Source: a virus | Length of the DNA stretch: 64,000 bases | Reading direction: 5' to 3' (one strand) | Virus record (IMG/VR): IMGVR_UViG_3300005466_000027 | Span: 7,865-71,864 of that record | In this document: in pieces, positions 8,168-17,078 of the stretch | How positions within the stretch are numbered: the stretch's first letter is position 1 | Layout: each line of letters begins with the position of its first letter | Notes under the pieces: model-generated | Seen by the model: the letters and a program-made list of their open reading frames with translations, nothing else | Told to the model about the DNA's origin: nothing | Database searches by the model: none | Translations under genes and position numbers: made by a program

Positions 8168-9537
8168 TTCTTCCGGTAGCTCTCCAGCAGTTGCAAAGCC
8201 GCGATCAACCGGCTCTCGTTTTCGGCCTTTGTCTCTAGTGCCGCGGCTACGGCATCGTCCACCGTGCCTGGGATCATTAGCCGGTAGACCTTGATAATCT
8301 GCTTCTGCCCCCGCCTGGCGAGACGGGCGATCATCTGTTCGTAGAGTTCACGCGAATAGGTCAGCGTGATCCAGAGCATCACATGCGAGCCATATTGGAA
8401 ATTAAGGCCGTGGCCGACACTCGCGGGGTGGGCGACCAGTAGTGGCACTTTACCGGCGTTCCACAGGTCGATGAGAGCCTGCTGTTCCTTCTGCGTCTTG
8501 GCATCGGCGAAAAACTTTGCCTGGGGAAACTGCGACCGGATGCGCGATTGTTCGTGCTGAAAGATCGTGGCGACGAGTATGGGGTGCCTCTCGTGCTTCA
8601 CGATCCGCGCCATCTCGTCGAACTTCAAATTGTGGACCGGATGCACTTCACGTTCCTCATCGTAGACGTGGCCACTGGTGAACTGGAGCAGCTTCGTTAC
8701 GAGTGCCGCGGAGTTGGCCACGTTGAGCGTTTTGTCCTTACGCAGTTCCATCACCAATTCCTTCTCCAGTTTTTTATATTTCGCCTCCAGTTCAGCGGTG
8801 AATTTAATCTCTTTGTCCTCAATCTCGGTATCGGGTATGTCCAACCAATCGGAAGATTTGAGAGTAACGGTGATGTCGGAGATTTTCTCCTCCAGTTTGT
8901 CCTCGGTGTCGTGCTTCGGCATCCACGGTTTGAACGGTGTGGCTGGAGCGAAGAAATATCTTTTTTTAAATTCAAGGAAATTACTACCCAACCGTTGTCC
9001 TCCATCGACCAGCCGTACTTGGGCGAAAATGTCCACCCACGAGTTGGGTATCGGTGTGCCAGTGAGCCCGATGTGCCGCGTCACACGGGGGACGTTGCGT
9101 CGATAATGGTTGACCCGTTTGCTGCCAGGATTCTTGGCCTTGGTCAGCTCATCGAAGATAACCACGTCGAAGGGCACCCCTGCCTTGCCACGGCGCTTAA
9201 CCAGTGACACCAGTGTATTCACTCCGTCCCAGTTGATCGTGTAGAGGTGAGCACGGCCTTCCAGGAAGTCCCGTTGCCCCTGTGGCTCGCGCAGGTTGGC
9301 AACTCGCATCCAAGGGAACCACGTTTTCACTTCGCTGGGCCAGGTAAGCAGGGCGACCCGCAATGGTGCGACGATCAACGCTGAAACCGCTTCACCTGAA
9401 CGGAATAAGTCATCGAGGTGGTGAAGGCACACCGCGGTCTTGCCAATGCCCATGCCGACAAAGGCGAGAGCGTCGTTTGTGGATCGTAATTGATCCAGCA
9501 TAATCCGCTGTGGCTCGTCTGGCGTGAAAAGGGGCAT
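8164..9537 (-). CDS. SNF2-family helicase
   Basis: GMGIGKT, IVAPLRVA, VIFDELT, GLTGTP, HPASVGHGLNFQ, QMIARLARRGQ. Confidence 0.95.
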   Translation of the reverse strand: MPLFTPDEPQRIMLDQLRSTNDALAFVGMGIGKTAVCLHHLDDLFRSGEAVSALIVAPLRVALLTWPSEVKTWFPWMRVANLREPQGQRDFLEGRAHLYTINWDGVNTLVSLVKRRGKAGVPFDVVIFDELTKAKNPGSKRVNHYRRNVPRVTRHIGLTGTPIPNSWVDIFAQVRLVDGGQRLGSNFLEFKKRYFFAPATPFKPWMPKHDTEDKLEEKISDITVTLKSSDWLDIPDTEIEDKEIKFTAELEAKYKKLEKELVMELRKDKTLNVANSAALVTKLLQFTSGHVYDEEREVHPVHNLKFDEMARIVKHERHPILVATIFQHEQSRIRSQFPQAKFFADAKTQKEQQALIDLWNAGKVPLLVAHPASVGHGLNFQYGSHVMLWITLTYSRELYEQMIARLARRGQKQIIKVYRLMIPGTVDDAVAAALETKAENESRLIAALQLLESYRKK

Positions 9538-9543
9538 CGGATA

Positions 9544-9945
9544 TTATACCCCCTCCAGACCGAGCGCGCGGACGAGAGCCAGCACTTTTTGCCGGGCGGT
9601 TGCCTTCACGCACCTCACCCATTCCTCTGCACACAAGTCGCTTCCACCGACCAGCCATCCGTTGCGTGTGACTTTGCGAAGGCCCAGTGCGATGACTAGC
9701 TGCTGCGCGTAACTTCGGCACTGCTCATCCGACAGCTTCGCTTCAAGACCGGCGATGGCGTCGAGGGATGAGGTGTAGTCTAGCGTAGACCGCTTCCCGC
9801 GATGAAATTCGCCCCTCGGGTCAAACCATCCAGTAGCTGGTTGCGGGCCTCCTCCGTAGCTTGGCTCTACGCCCTGTTGAAAGCGCCACCCCGCCCACTT
9901 AGCCAGTCGCACGTTGATTTCTTGGTCAGTCATTTGTGCACTCAT
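9544..9945 (-). CDS. hypothetical phage protein
   Basis: EIN..LA..GW / DYTSSLDA / ATARQK pattern common in small phage proteins. Confidence 0.6.
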   Translation of the reverse strand: MSAQMTDQEINVRLAKWAGWRFQQGVEPSYGGGPQPATGWFDPRGEFHRGKRSTLDYTSSLDAIAGLEAKLSDEQCRSYAQQLVIALGLRKVTRNGWLVGGSDLCAEEWVRCVKATARQKVLALVRALGLEGV

Positions 9946-10308
9946 TTAGGCTCCTTTCGCTTCTACCTGCTGGCTCCTTAGGGCTTCCAGCGCGACCCTG
10001 GCTGTATCCAATTCACGAAGCAGGTTCGCCTCCGCGTCCCAGTGTTTATTCAGCCGCGCTACAACTTGGTTATGTTTGACGGTGGCCTCCATGATTCGAA
10101 CATCGAGGGGGCGCTGTTGTTCAAGCCATTCGTTATGCTCACGAGCAACCTTACCGGCTTCGGCTTCAGTAAATTGGCTGCCTTCGTCGTTGCTCCAGCA
10201 GACATTCCCGTCGGCTCCTTCGATCCATCCCCAACGATTACCGCTTGTGCTCGTGTGGCGATTGGTCATGCACGACCACTTGCGCGTGTTATGTGGAACA
10301 TCCTTCAT
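9946..10308 (-). CDS. hypothetical protein
   Basis: Abutting genes in operon. Confidence 0.55.
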   Translation of the reverse strand: MKDVPHNTRKWSCMTNRHTSTSGNRWGWIEGADGNVCWSNDEGSQFTEAEAGKVAREHNEWLEQQRPLDVRIMEATVKHNQVVARLNKHWDAEANLLRELDTARVALEALRSQQVEAKGA

Positions 10309-10655
10309 TCAGTTTCCTTTCCGGTGAGGATTTCGGCCAGTTCGGCGTTATACTCCGCTGCGTATTCGCTCCATCGGCTGCTATTGAGCAACGAGATGAG
10401 CGTGCGGTCGCGCTGCTGAACCGCCAACTCAAGCGCCTTGATGAGAGCGGACCGATCTTCAATTGCCTCCAAAACCGTTTTAGCCATGCAGTCAGGGCAC
10501 AGGTTTTCCGCGTCTATATCTCCCCACTCACATCCGTCCTTAAGCCCGAGAGTGCAGCCACAGGCGGGGCATGCTGGTTCAGATTTGTCGAATGCGGTTG
10601 CTGTAGCAGCCTCACAACGCGCCTTCATGTCGGCCAGGATCGTTTCGAGGGTCAT
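10305..10655 (-). CDS. hypothetical Zn-ribbon protein
   Basis: CPACG...LCPDC; ATGA overlaps. Confidence 0.55.
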   Translation of the reverse strand: MTLETILADMKARCEAATATAFDKSEPACPACGCTLGLKDGCEWGDIDAENLCPDCMAKTVLEAIEDRSALIKALELAVQQRDRTLISLLNSSRWSEYAAEYNAELAEILTGKETE

Positions 10656-10843
10656 TTTGTTTCCTCCGTAACCCAAGTGCGGATTGGGTAGATTTGATGG
10701 TCGCCGCCGAAGCCGTTCTCTTCCAGCATCCGACATACTGTCTCGGCTTGCGCTCGTGATCCGTGTGTGTCGGTAGATTCGTTTTCGGTGTTACCGAGAT
10801 TCACCGGGCCTTTCGGCCATTTAGCGTGAGATACGTAGGTCAT
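10652..10843 (-). CDS. hypothetical protein
   Basis: ATGA overlaps both sides. Confidence 0.55.
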   Translation of the reverse strand: MTYVSHAKWPKGPVNLGNTENESTDTHGSRAQAETVCRMLEENGFGGDHQIYPIRTWVTEETK

Positions 10844-11613
10844 TTTGTTCCTTTCAGCAACGCCTCTGCGCTGTCCCGATGTGGCATTAGTTCGTCGTCA
10901 ATTGCGGCCAGAACCGTGTTCGTCTGACCGTTGTCGAGCGTCGCCTCCAATGGCCCGCGACCATTCAGCACAACATCACGCAGAGAGTCAGCAGCTTTCA
11001 CCAGCGCCTCCACGACCTCACGCCAAGGCTGGGATGGGTCGTTAGCCCAAGGCGGGATGTTCAAAAACCCCTCTAACGTTTCCGCCAAGTAGAAGTTTCC
11101 AATAGGCAGTTTATTCACTTCCTTGTGAACCTCGCAGGCCGCCTTAATTGCTGTATACATCCGCGCGTTATCGGCTTCCAGCGTGCCAGCCTTTCCCGCC
11201 CAGACTGCGATTTCCTTAATAGCTGCGTCCCGCTCCGCTTTCACCTTTGCGAGTTCGGCAAGAGCGGCGTCGCGCTCGGTGCTAGCCTTTTCTTTTGCTT
11301 CTGCCCATCGCACCTGGTTATCAAACGTGAGCTTCTGTAGCCGGTCTGCGGCAGCCAGCTTGGTGACGCATTCTTTGTATTCGTTCTTCCACGCGTCCCG
11401 ATCCTTCTCGCACTCCGCGAGCCTGTCGCGTGCGGCGGTTAGTTCGGTCTGCACGGCATGCAGTGCGTTCTCAACATGGTTGTAGGCGTTCTCCATTGCG
11501 TTGAGGGCTTGTGGCATACTGCCTCCTCGTAACTGGTGCTCACGAGCTTGGTTGAACCAGTATCCAGCTGTTTCAACTAGGTGCGTTCGTTTTGGCGTAG
11601 GTATCTCGCTCAT
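10840..11613 (-). CDS. coiled-coil hypothetical protein
   Basis: ERDAA-type helical repeats; ATGA overlaps. Confidence 0.6.
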   Translation of the reverse strand: MSEIPTPKRTHLVETAGYWFNQAREHQLRGGSMPQALNAMENAYNHVENALHAVQTELTAARDRLAECEKDRDAWKNEYKECVTKLAAADRLQKLTFDNQVRWAEAKEKASTERDAALAELAKVKAERDAAIKEIAVWAGKAGTLEADNARMYTAIKAACEVHKEVNKLPIGNFYLAETLEGFLNIPPWANDPSQPWREVVEALVKAADSLRDVVLNGRGPLEATLDNGQTNTVLAAIDDELMPHRDSAEALLKGTK

Positions 11614-12386
11614 TTGGAAGCCTCCATTGCTGCGGTGCTAGGTTCGTGGAGACGAATCCAGACGCCCCCCATTTCGGTGACTGGCTGGAATCGTGTCCAG
11701 CCCCACTGACCTTCAGGTGCGAAGTAACTGCCATCCGTGCCAGAATAGAAGATCGTCACAGGAATCGGCGCGCTGTCTTCGTCTTCATTCCACCACCAAT
11801 AAAGCCCCTGATCATTTGGCGGTTCTTTTGTCCACTGCATCGCCCCGTCCGCTTTCAACTTCTCCACCTGCGCTGTTAGGTCGGCGATTTGGGCGTGGAG
11901 TGAGTCGCGTTCGAACATGGCGGCAGCCACAAGCTTAGGAACCTTAATGCAGAGAACGTCCTCCACCAACCCGCCGTCGTCCTGCGTTTTGGCTGCGTCT
12001 CCAAACATCTCTCCGATTTGGTTGAGAAGTCCGTGGTAGTAGTCTTCGTTACGAGAATGAAATGCCGCTGTATCGGTCCACGCATTGCGTTCATTAGTCA
12101 GCCTCTCCACCTCGGCTTTGCGCTCGGTATCGGACTCGGCGACTTGGTCGGTGAGAGCATCGGCGATGACTTCCTGAAGTGACACGGCTTGGCCTCGGTT
12201 GCTTTTCTGGATGTATAGGCGCATCGCATTTAGCGCCCGCTGTTGGATTGAGGTGGTCATAACGTCATCAGAGATAATGGATTGAAGCGCCCCGCAGCAC
12301 GGAGTGGAGCCAACGCCGTTCTCGTAGATGGTGCCGCAGGCATCGCATTTCGTCTTCCAAGACCCTATTAGTGGTTTAATGGTCAT
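11610..12386 (-). CDS. mosaic hypothetical protein
   Basis: N-terminal CxxC/CC, coiled coil, C-terminal WTKEPP...GLYWW module. Confidence 0.6.
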   Translation of the reverse strand: MTIKPLIGSWKTKCDACGTIYENGVGSTPCCGALQSIISDDVMTTSIQQRALNAMRLYIQKSNRGQAVSLQEVIADALTDQVAESDTERKAEVERLTNERNAWTDTAAFHSRNEDYYHGLLNQIGEMFGDAAKTQDDGGLVEDVLCIKVPKLVAAAMFERDSLHAQIADLTAQVEKLKADGAMQWTKEPPNDQGLYWWWNEDEDSAPIPVTIFYSGTDGSYFAPEGQWGWTRFQPVTEMGGVWIRLHEPSTAAMEASK

Positions 12387-12477
12387 AGGTTATTCCTTGT
12401 TCTCGGTTGCAGCGACGGCCTGCGCGAGCGCGAGGCAGTCGGCTACGGGTTTGTCGAAGCCTTCGGGGTTCATGGGT

Positions 12478-12915
12478 TTAAAAATCGTCTAGGGTGAGTG
12501 GGCCTCGGCTGGGTGCTCCTCCATGTCCATTAGGACAGGTGATACCAGATGGGGTCGAAAACTGACGATCACCACAAACGCTGCAGAAGGCCGTTTCCTT
12601 TTTCTTGGTATCGGGCTCTGCCCCATGCATCATCGCATTGACCATCACTCTCCCGGCTTCCACCGTGTCTGCCACGCACACCGGCACACCCTGTCTCTTG
12701 ATTTTGTCAATCTCGACTGCCTGGGCCGCGGTGGGTTTTTGACCGGCTCTTTTAAACTCGACGAAAAAGACTTCGCCCTTTGGGGTTATGAACAGACGAT
12801 CCGGCACACTGCGGCGGCTGGGGCTGGTGAACTTGTAACAAAGACAGCCTAAGTCGCGAGCGTAGGAGCACACGTTGCTTTCGATGACTTTCTCTAGGGG
12901 GCCGGTGGGCTTCAT
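12478..12915 (-). CDS. VRR-NUC domain nuclease with C-terminal Zn-ribbon
   Basis: EKVIE...KFTSP...VPDRL....G..FFVEFKR..QKPT..Q; CSVC...CPNGH; ends PLTLDDF. Confidence 0.9.
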   Translation of the reverse strand: MKPTGPLEKVIESNVCSYARDLGCLCYKFTSPSRRSVPDRLFITPKGEVFFVEFKRAGQKPTAAQAVEIDKIKRQGVPVCVADTVEAGRVMVNAMMHGAEPDTKKKETAFCSVCGDRQFSTPSGITCPNGHGGAPSRGPLTLDDF

Positions 12916-13124
12916 CGGTCGTCTTTCCTTACTGGAAGCGCAATAGCCGACGGGCGGCGCTTAATCTCGAACATCTGAATCAGTGCGTGCGCTCCGGCCA
13001 TCATATCTGAATGGCTTTCGGGGTACGCTAAGTCTGGACGCCACTGTTTGTGGCCCGCCAGAAAGGTTTCGATCAGGTCATTTGCGAGTGCTTGATTATT
13101 GTCACCGAGAGTGGGTTTTGGCAT
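12912..13124 (-). CDS. hypothetical protein
   Basis: Downstream of promoter-like element; ATGA overlap. Confidence 0.55.
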   Translation of the reverse strand: MPKPTLGDNNQALANDLIETFLAGHKQWRPDLAYPESHSDMMAGAHALIQMFEIKRRPSAIALPVRKDDR

Positions 13125-13141
13125 ACTTCGTTAATCTCACG

Positions 13142-13173
13142 TCTTGCTGAAAACGTCAACAACTATTTTCGAC
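13142..13173 (-). promoter_or_regulatory. leftward promoter-like element, copy 1 of a 32-bp pair
   Basis: Contains TTGACG; 27/32 identical to 20053-20084. Confidence 0.55.
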
Positions 13174-13537
13174 GATTCAACCTGGCATTGGTTTTCTGCA
13201 GGCATCCGAGGCAGTAAATCCGTGTTTCCAGTTGTGGGCTCTCGCACATCACGCAAACGTGGTCGGCCTGCCTGCGGTGAAAAGTGGTCATGCCGTGGTT
13301 GACTTTGCTTTTGCGGACGTGGGGAACCTTCTCGAACTGCTGTCCTTTCTGCAGGGTGCCACTGGGCACAATAGCCATGAAGACTTGACGTGAGAGGTTC
13401 TCCCGAAGCTGGTATTTTTGCTCCTGCGCTTCCTTCATCTTGACGTGGCAGGCGGCGACACCGTGAACACACAAGCCGTGGAAAGCGATGATCGCTACAT
13501 CGTAGCGCCGGGTGTCTGGTTGAAAGTCGTAGTCCAT
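13163..13537 (-). CDS. hypothetical protein with C-terminal CxxC...CxxC
   Basis: ATG at 13537; CVMC...CLGC. Confidence 0.5.
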   Translation of the reverse strand: MDYDFQPDTRRYDVAIIAFHGLCVHGVAACHVKMKEAQEQKYQLRENLSRQVFMAIVPSGTLQKGQQFEKVPHVRKSKVNHGMTTFHRRQADHVCVMCESPQLETRIYCLGCLQKTNARLNRRK

Positions 13538-13541
13538 AATG

Positions 13542-14375
13542 TCAATCCTTTTTATAGAAGGGCACGAGCGCCCCCTCAGCCGCAATCGGGAGCCCCTCAG
13601 CCCAAGCGGGTAAATCGGTGAGTAACTTGACAAACTCCTCGGGGGTTTGCGTGGGTCGGGAATAAGCAAGAGCTTGATCGTGAATAAGGGCACAGATTTC
13701 GTATCCACCGTCTTCGGCGTTTTGTGCTCCGTTGCACATGATGTCTGCGGCGACGGCCTGCGTGGCATTTTCCGCCCACACCCCGCCCCAAATACCTGAA
13801 TTGTGTCCCCATGTCACGCCTTTGAGGTTCTGGTAAAAGCTGACCGCTGTGGTCCCTTCGAACTTGCCTGGAACGATCCGGGGCAGTGGATAAGCAAGCT
13901 TACGACCACTGGGCAACCGCATGAGGAGGAACTCGATACCCCCAGTCGTGATGACTTTGAATGAGATGTGCGGGCCTGCGGAGAAAACCTCACCCTTGTG
14001 CAGCACCGCGGCTTTGGCCGCGTCATCCAGATCACCCCAGAAATCGACTACTTTGCTGTGCTTCTTGCGCCATGCCTTGATGGCCTTGAACTCCAACCCC
14101 TCGGGCAGATCGTAATTGCTTGGGGGTTTCTTGCAGGAATCGCGGAATTTCGGGGCACCAAGTCCGAAGCCCGCGCCCAAAATTAGACCCTTCCCAACAA
14201 ACCGTTGAGGGAACTTGTTCACCTCTTTTTCCGGTATGCCGTAGACGAATGCAGCCATGCGCTTATAACGGTCAACGCCTTGCTTGTATTCTTCCAGCGC
14301 GTCCTCTTGGCCAGCCAGCCAGCATACGATACGAGCCTCGATGGCTGCGAAATCAGCATCATGCAGAAAGCTCAT
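13542..14375 (-). CDS. family A DNA polymerase, C-terminal part (motifs A, B, C)
   Basis: DFAAIEARIVCWLAG (A), RFVGKGLILGAGFG (B), ENATQAVAAD, LIHDQ (C). Confidence 0.92.
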   Translation of the reverse strand: MSFLHDADFAAIEARIVCWLAGQEDALEEYKQGVDRYKRMAAFVYGIPEKEVNKFPQRFVGKGLILGAGFGLGAPKFRDSCKKPPSNYDLPEGLEFKAIKAWRKKHSKVVDFWGDLDDAAKAAVLHKGEVFSAGPHISFKVITTGGIEFLLMRLPSGRKLAYPLPRIVPGKFEGTTAVSFYQNLKGVTWGHNSGIWGGVWAENATQAVAADIMCNGAQNAEDGGYEICALIHDQALAYSRPTQTPEEFVKLLTDLPAWAEGLPIAAEGALVPFYKKD

Positions 14376-14623
14376 AAGAAAGTCTCTCCAGAAGAAATAA
14401 CATCCTCAATTTTATAAGCGCCGTTGGGGTAATGTTTGATGCCGTGTTTTGTGCACAAGGTCACCCACCCACAGGGATTTGCTGGGTAAACGTAATCGGT
14501 GGGTTCGCCGCAAAATTCGTGGTACGCCAGCCCATTCCGAACTTGCATAACCAAGACTTCACACGTAGGGGAAATGGGTTGACTCAGCCAGTTTTTTGAT
14601 TTGTAGGGAAGAGGAGGAATCAT
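14372..14623 (-). CDS. 83-aa Cys/His protein between the two polymerase halves
   Basis: ATGA overlap at both ends; HEFC...C...LCTKH; visibly more AT-rich. Confidence 0.6.
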   Translation of the reverse strand: MIPPLPYKSKNWLSQPISPTCEVLVMQVRNGLAYHEFCGEPTDYVYPANPCGWVTLCTKHGIKHYPNGAYKIEDVISSGETFL

Positions 14624-15801
14624 TGCGCGTCCTCCACAAAGTGTCTGATACAGCTCGAAATCACCTGCAGCGGTGGCCCGTAAACCAACTCCACCATATC
14701 CCTTGACATACCTGCACAGATGTCACGGTAAGCCTCCTCGCTATTATCAATAGTAGGGCGCTTCATATTTTGAAATTGCACCAGGGAATTTGTCGATCTA
14801 CCCGTGGTAGCTCCATGGTGATTCAGCATCCCCCGTATCCGATTATCCCCCGGCCCCACACACGCGAGCATGGTCTGCACTTTCTTGATGGCAGCGTAGC
14901 TCACGGATGCCCGCAGAGCGAGTGCCTCGCGAACCACACATGGAACGTATCCACCACTTTCGTCTTCAAGAAAAGTTTCCACCGTAGCCGCCTGCAAATC
15001 GCCGTACGGGTATCCCGCCGTCTGCGCCCAAGCGAGCACCTTCGCTCCCTGCGTAAACTCCAAGCCCGTCAGATCTTTAAACTTCTTCGACACGATTTCC
15101 GTTTCCTCGTCGATCAGCTTTTGCGCATGACGCAGAGCTGGTATATTCACCGTTACGCCGCGGGCGTTGATAATCTCATGCAAGGTGTAGTTGCGGTTGT
15201 TGATCGGATCATCGAAGTAGGCCAGGCGACGCGCCACCTCCTGCTCCGCACGCACGTCCTGACGGCAGTAGTCCACAAAGCGCATGAAGTCTTCGGGGTC
15301 GTCCTCCGGGTGAATCCGACGCACGGGCACACCATCAGGGTTTTTCTTGGTCGGCTTCTTCGCGGGCTGCATCATGGAGAATTTCTTGATGAGCCGCTTG
15401 CCGTCTTTGTCCTTGATGACGGTGCCGAGAAACTCGCTGAGCTTTTCCAGTTTGGCCGGGAGAGCTGCACGACGGGCAAGGGACATGGTGCAGCGGAAGC
15501 GCTCGATGGCTGGTGGCCGTATGCCCCAGGTTTTCCACATCAGCGCTTGGCTCATCGCGTACTCAAATTGTGCATTGTGGGCGACCACTAACACGCTGGG
15601 GTCTTCCAGCGCATCCCAGTAAGGATCGAGCTTGGCCAGCTCTGCATCCGGCATGCTCCTCCACCACGCTACGGGTTCTTCGTTGTCAAAGGCCATCGCA
15701 CAGCACAGAATCTCTGTGGATTTGTCAAGGCTATATCGGTAGCCTCCGACTTCGGTGATGTCGGCTTGACTGAAGGACTCGTAGTCGAGGTGAAGGTGCA
15801 T
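14620..15801 (-). CDS. family A DNA polymerase, N-terminal part (3'-5' exonuclease + thumb)
   Basis: LDYES (ExoI), AHNAQFE (ExoII), YCRQDVRAE (ExoIII), INARGV, HGATTGR...QFQNM. Confidence 0.92.
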   Translation of the reverse strand: MHLHLDYESFSQADITEVGGYRYSLDKSTEILCCAMAFDNEEPVAWWRSMPDAELAKLDPYWDALEDPSVLVVAHNAQFEYAMSQALMWKTWGIRPPAIERFRCTMSLARRAALPAKLEKLSEFLGTVIKDKDGKRLIKKFSMMQPAKKPTKKNPDGVPVRRIHPEDDPEDFMRFVDYCRQDVRAEQEVARRLAYFDDPINNRNYTLHEIINARGVTVNIPALRHAQKLIDEETEIVSKKFKDLTGLEFTQGAKVLAWAQTAGYPYGDLQAATVETFLEDESGGYVPCVVREALALRASVSYAAIKKVQTMLACVGPGDNRIRGMLNHHGATTGRSTNSLVQFQNMKRPTIDNSEEAYRDICAGMSRDMVELVYGPPLQVISSCIRHFVEDAQ

Positions 15802-15812
15802 GTATGCGGGAA

Positions 15813-16097
15813 TCAGCGGGAGTAATCCCGTTTCTCGTCGAGCAGAAGACGCATGTAGCAATCTGGGCAAACATGCCCAAGGGTAGGTCTGTTACCTACC
15901 GCGAACCACACTGCGGTGTTCTGGCATCCTGGTGTCAGACATGGATAACGTGTGTCCTTATTCGCTGCCACCACCTCACTCCTCGGCAGCGAAGGGACGC
16001 AGGTGCAAGGCTGCCCCGCTTCCACGTCCCGCGCACAGAAGTGGCAAGGACGGGATTTGGGACGCGGATCGCGGTCGATGTAGTAGGCGTGGTCCAC
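15813..16097 (-). CDS. Cys-rich hypothetical protein
   Basis: CHFC, CTC, C...C, CPDC. Confidence 0.5.
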   Translation of the reverse strand: MDHAYYIDRDPRPKSRPCHFCARDVEAGQPCTCVPSLPRSEVVAANKDTRYPCLTPGCQNTAVWFAVGNRPTLGHVCPDCYMRLLLDEKRDYSR

Positions 16098-16100
16098 GGC

Positions 16101-16703
16101 CTAGTAATCGTCAGTGCTGGTGGGTGCCTTGCCGCGATTGGAGCGGCGGCTGGTGGTGGATGCTTCATCACCATCCCCGCTGATGGCGTCGAACTCGTCT
16201 TCGACGTTGACCTTACCCGCGCCAAAGCTCTCGCCATCTTTGAGGAACTGGACAGCACGCAGTTCCGCGTTGACGCGCTTGCCCCACTTATTGTTCTGCA
16301 CCCAGAGGCGGATGGTGGCGTTGACGTAGCACCCGGCGTAGACTTTGCCGTCTTCCTCGGTAATCGGATTCAGGTCGTGATCGACGACCGCGGGACGGGT
16401 TTTGCGGCTGGCCGGAATGAAGAACTTCCCGTCGCCATAGCCTTCCAGCTCCAGCTTTTCGTTGCCGCCACGGAGACAGCGTTTGAAGCTGATTTTCTTC
16501 TTGAACTCGTCGAGAGCGAGCCGGTCAATCATGGCGTCGATGTGGTCGAGGAGTTTGCCGTGCTCCTCGGTGTCGAGAAGGAAGGTCGCGGAGAACTTCG
16601 GTTCCTGGCCTTCCTCCATGGCGTGAGGCTTGAACAGGTGAGGGAAGGACAGCCGAACATTCGGCAGTTTGATGATGGCGGGATCGGTGGCTTTGGTGGT
16701 CAT
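16101..16703 (-). CDS. DUF2815 family single-stranded DNA-binding protein
   Basis: VRLSFPHLFKP, KFSATFLL, VYAGCYVNA, LRAVQFLKDGESFG, acidic tail. Confidence 0.92.
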   Translation of the reverse strand: MTTKATDPAIIKLPNVRLSFPHLFKPHAMEEGQEPKFSATFLLDTEEHGKLLDHIDAMIDRLALDEFKKKISFKRCLRGGNEKLELEGYGDGKFFIPASRKTRPAVVDHDLNPITEEDGKVYAGCYVNATIRLWVQNNKWGKRVNAELRAVQFLKDGESFGAGKVNVEDEFDAISGDGDEASTTSRRSNRGKAPTSTDDY

Positions 16704-16817
16704 GTTGGTTTTGGTTGCGCCTAGCGTCGGGATCACATCCCGCCTTTCGGCATTTTCTTGCCAGCGCGGAGGCGCTGACGGTTTTGTTGAAGGACAGCGT
16801 GAATCGCTGGCCCAGAT

Positions 16818-17078
16818 TTATTGGTGGTCGGTGCTGGGGGTTTCATTGGGGAGAACTTTGATGCGGATTTTGTGATCGCCGCTGAAAGGTGCTTGCTCGT
16901 ATCGCTCCACCAAGTCCTTACTGAGAAGTTTTTTCACAACAGCAGTGCATCGTTTGTGATTGTCGCTGCGGAAATAATACGCATTAGGCCGGAACCGGCC
17001 CATGTAAGGCATATAATATACGACAGCTCCAGCCTTCATTGCGTCGTAAAGTTCCTGCTCTGTCTTGGGTAATTTCAT
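16818..17078 (-). CDS. hypothetical protein
   Basis: ATGA-coupled to DUF2800 gene. Confidence 0.55.
   Translation of the reverse strand: MKLPKTEQELYDAMKAGAVVYYMPYMGRFRPNAYYFRSDNHKRCTAVVKKLLSKDLVERYEQAPFSGDHKIRIKVLPNETPSTDHQ

Noticed and set aside
14372-14623. Group I intron, intein or stop-codon readthrough in the polymerase
   Set aside because: No recognisable intron core or intein termini; halves are in different frames; insert is a clean coupled ORF. Not fully excluded without RT-PCR
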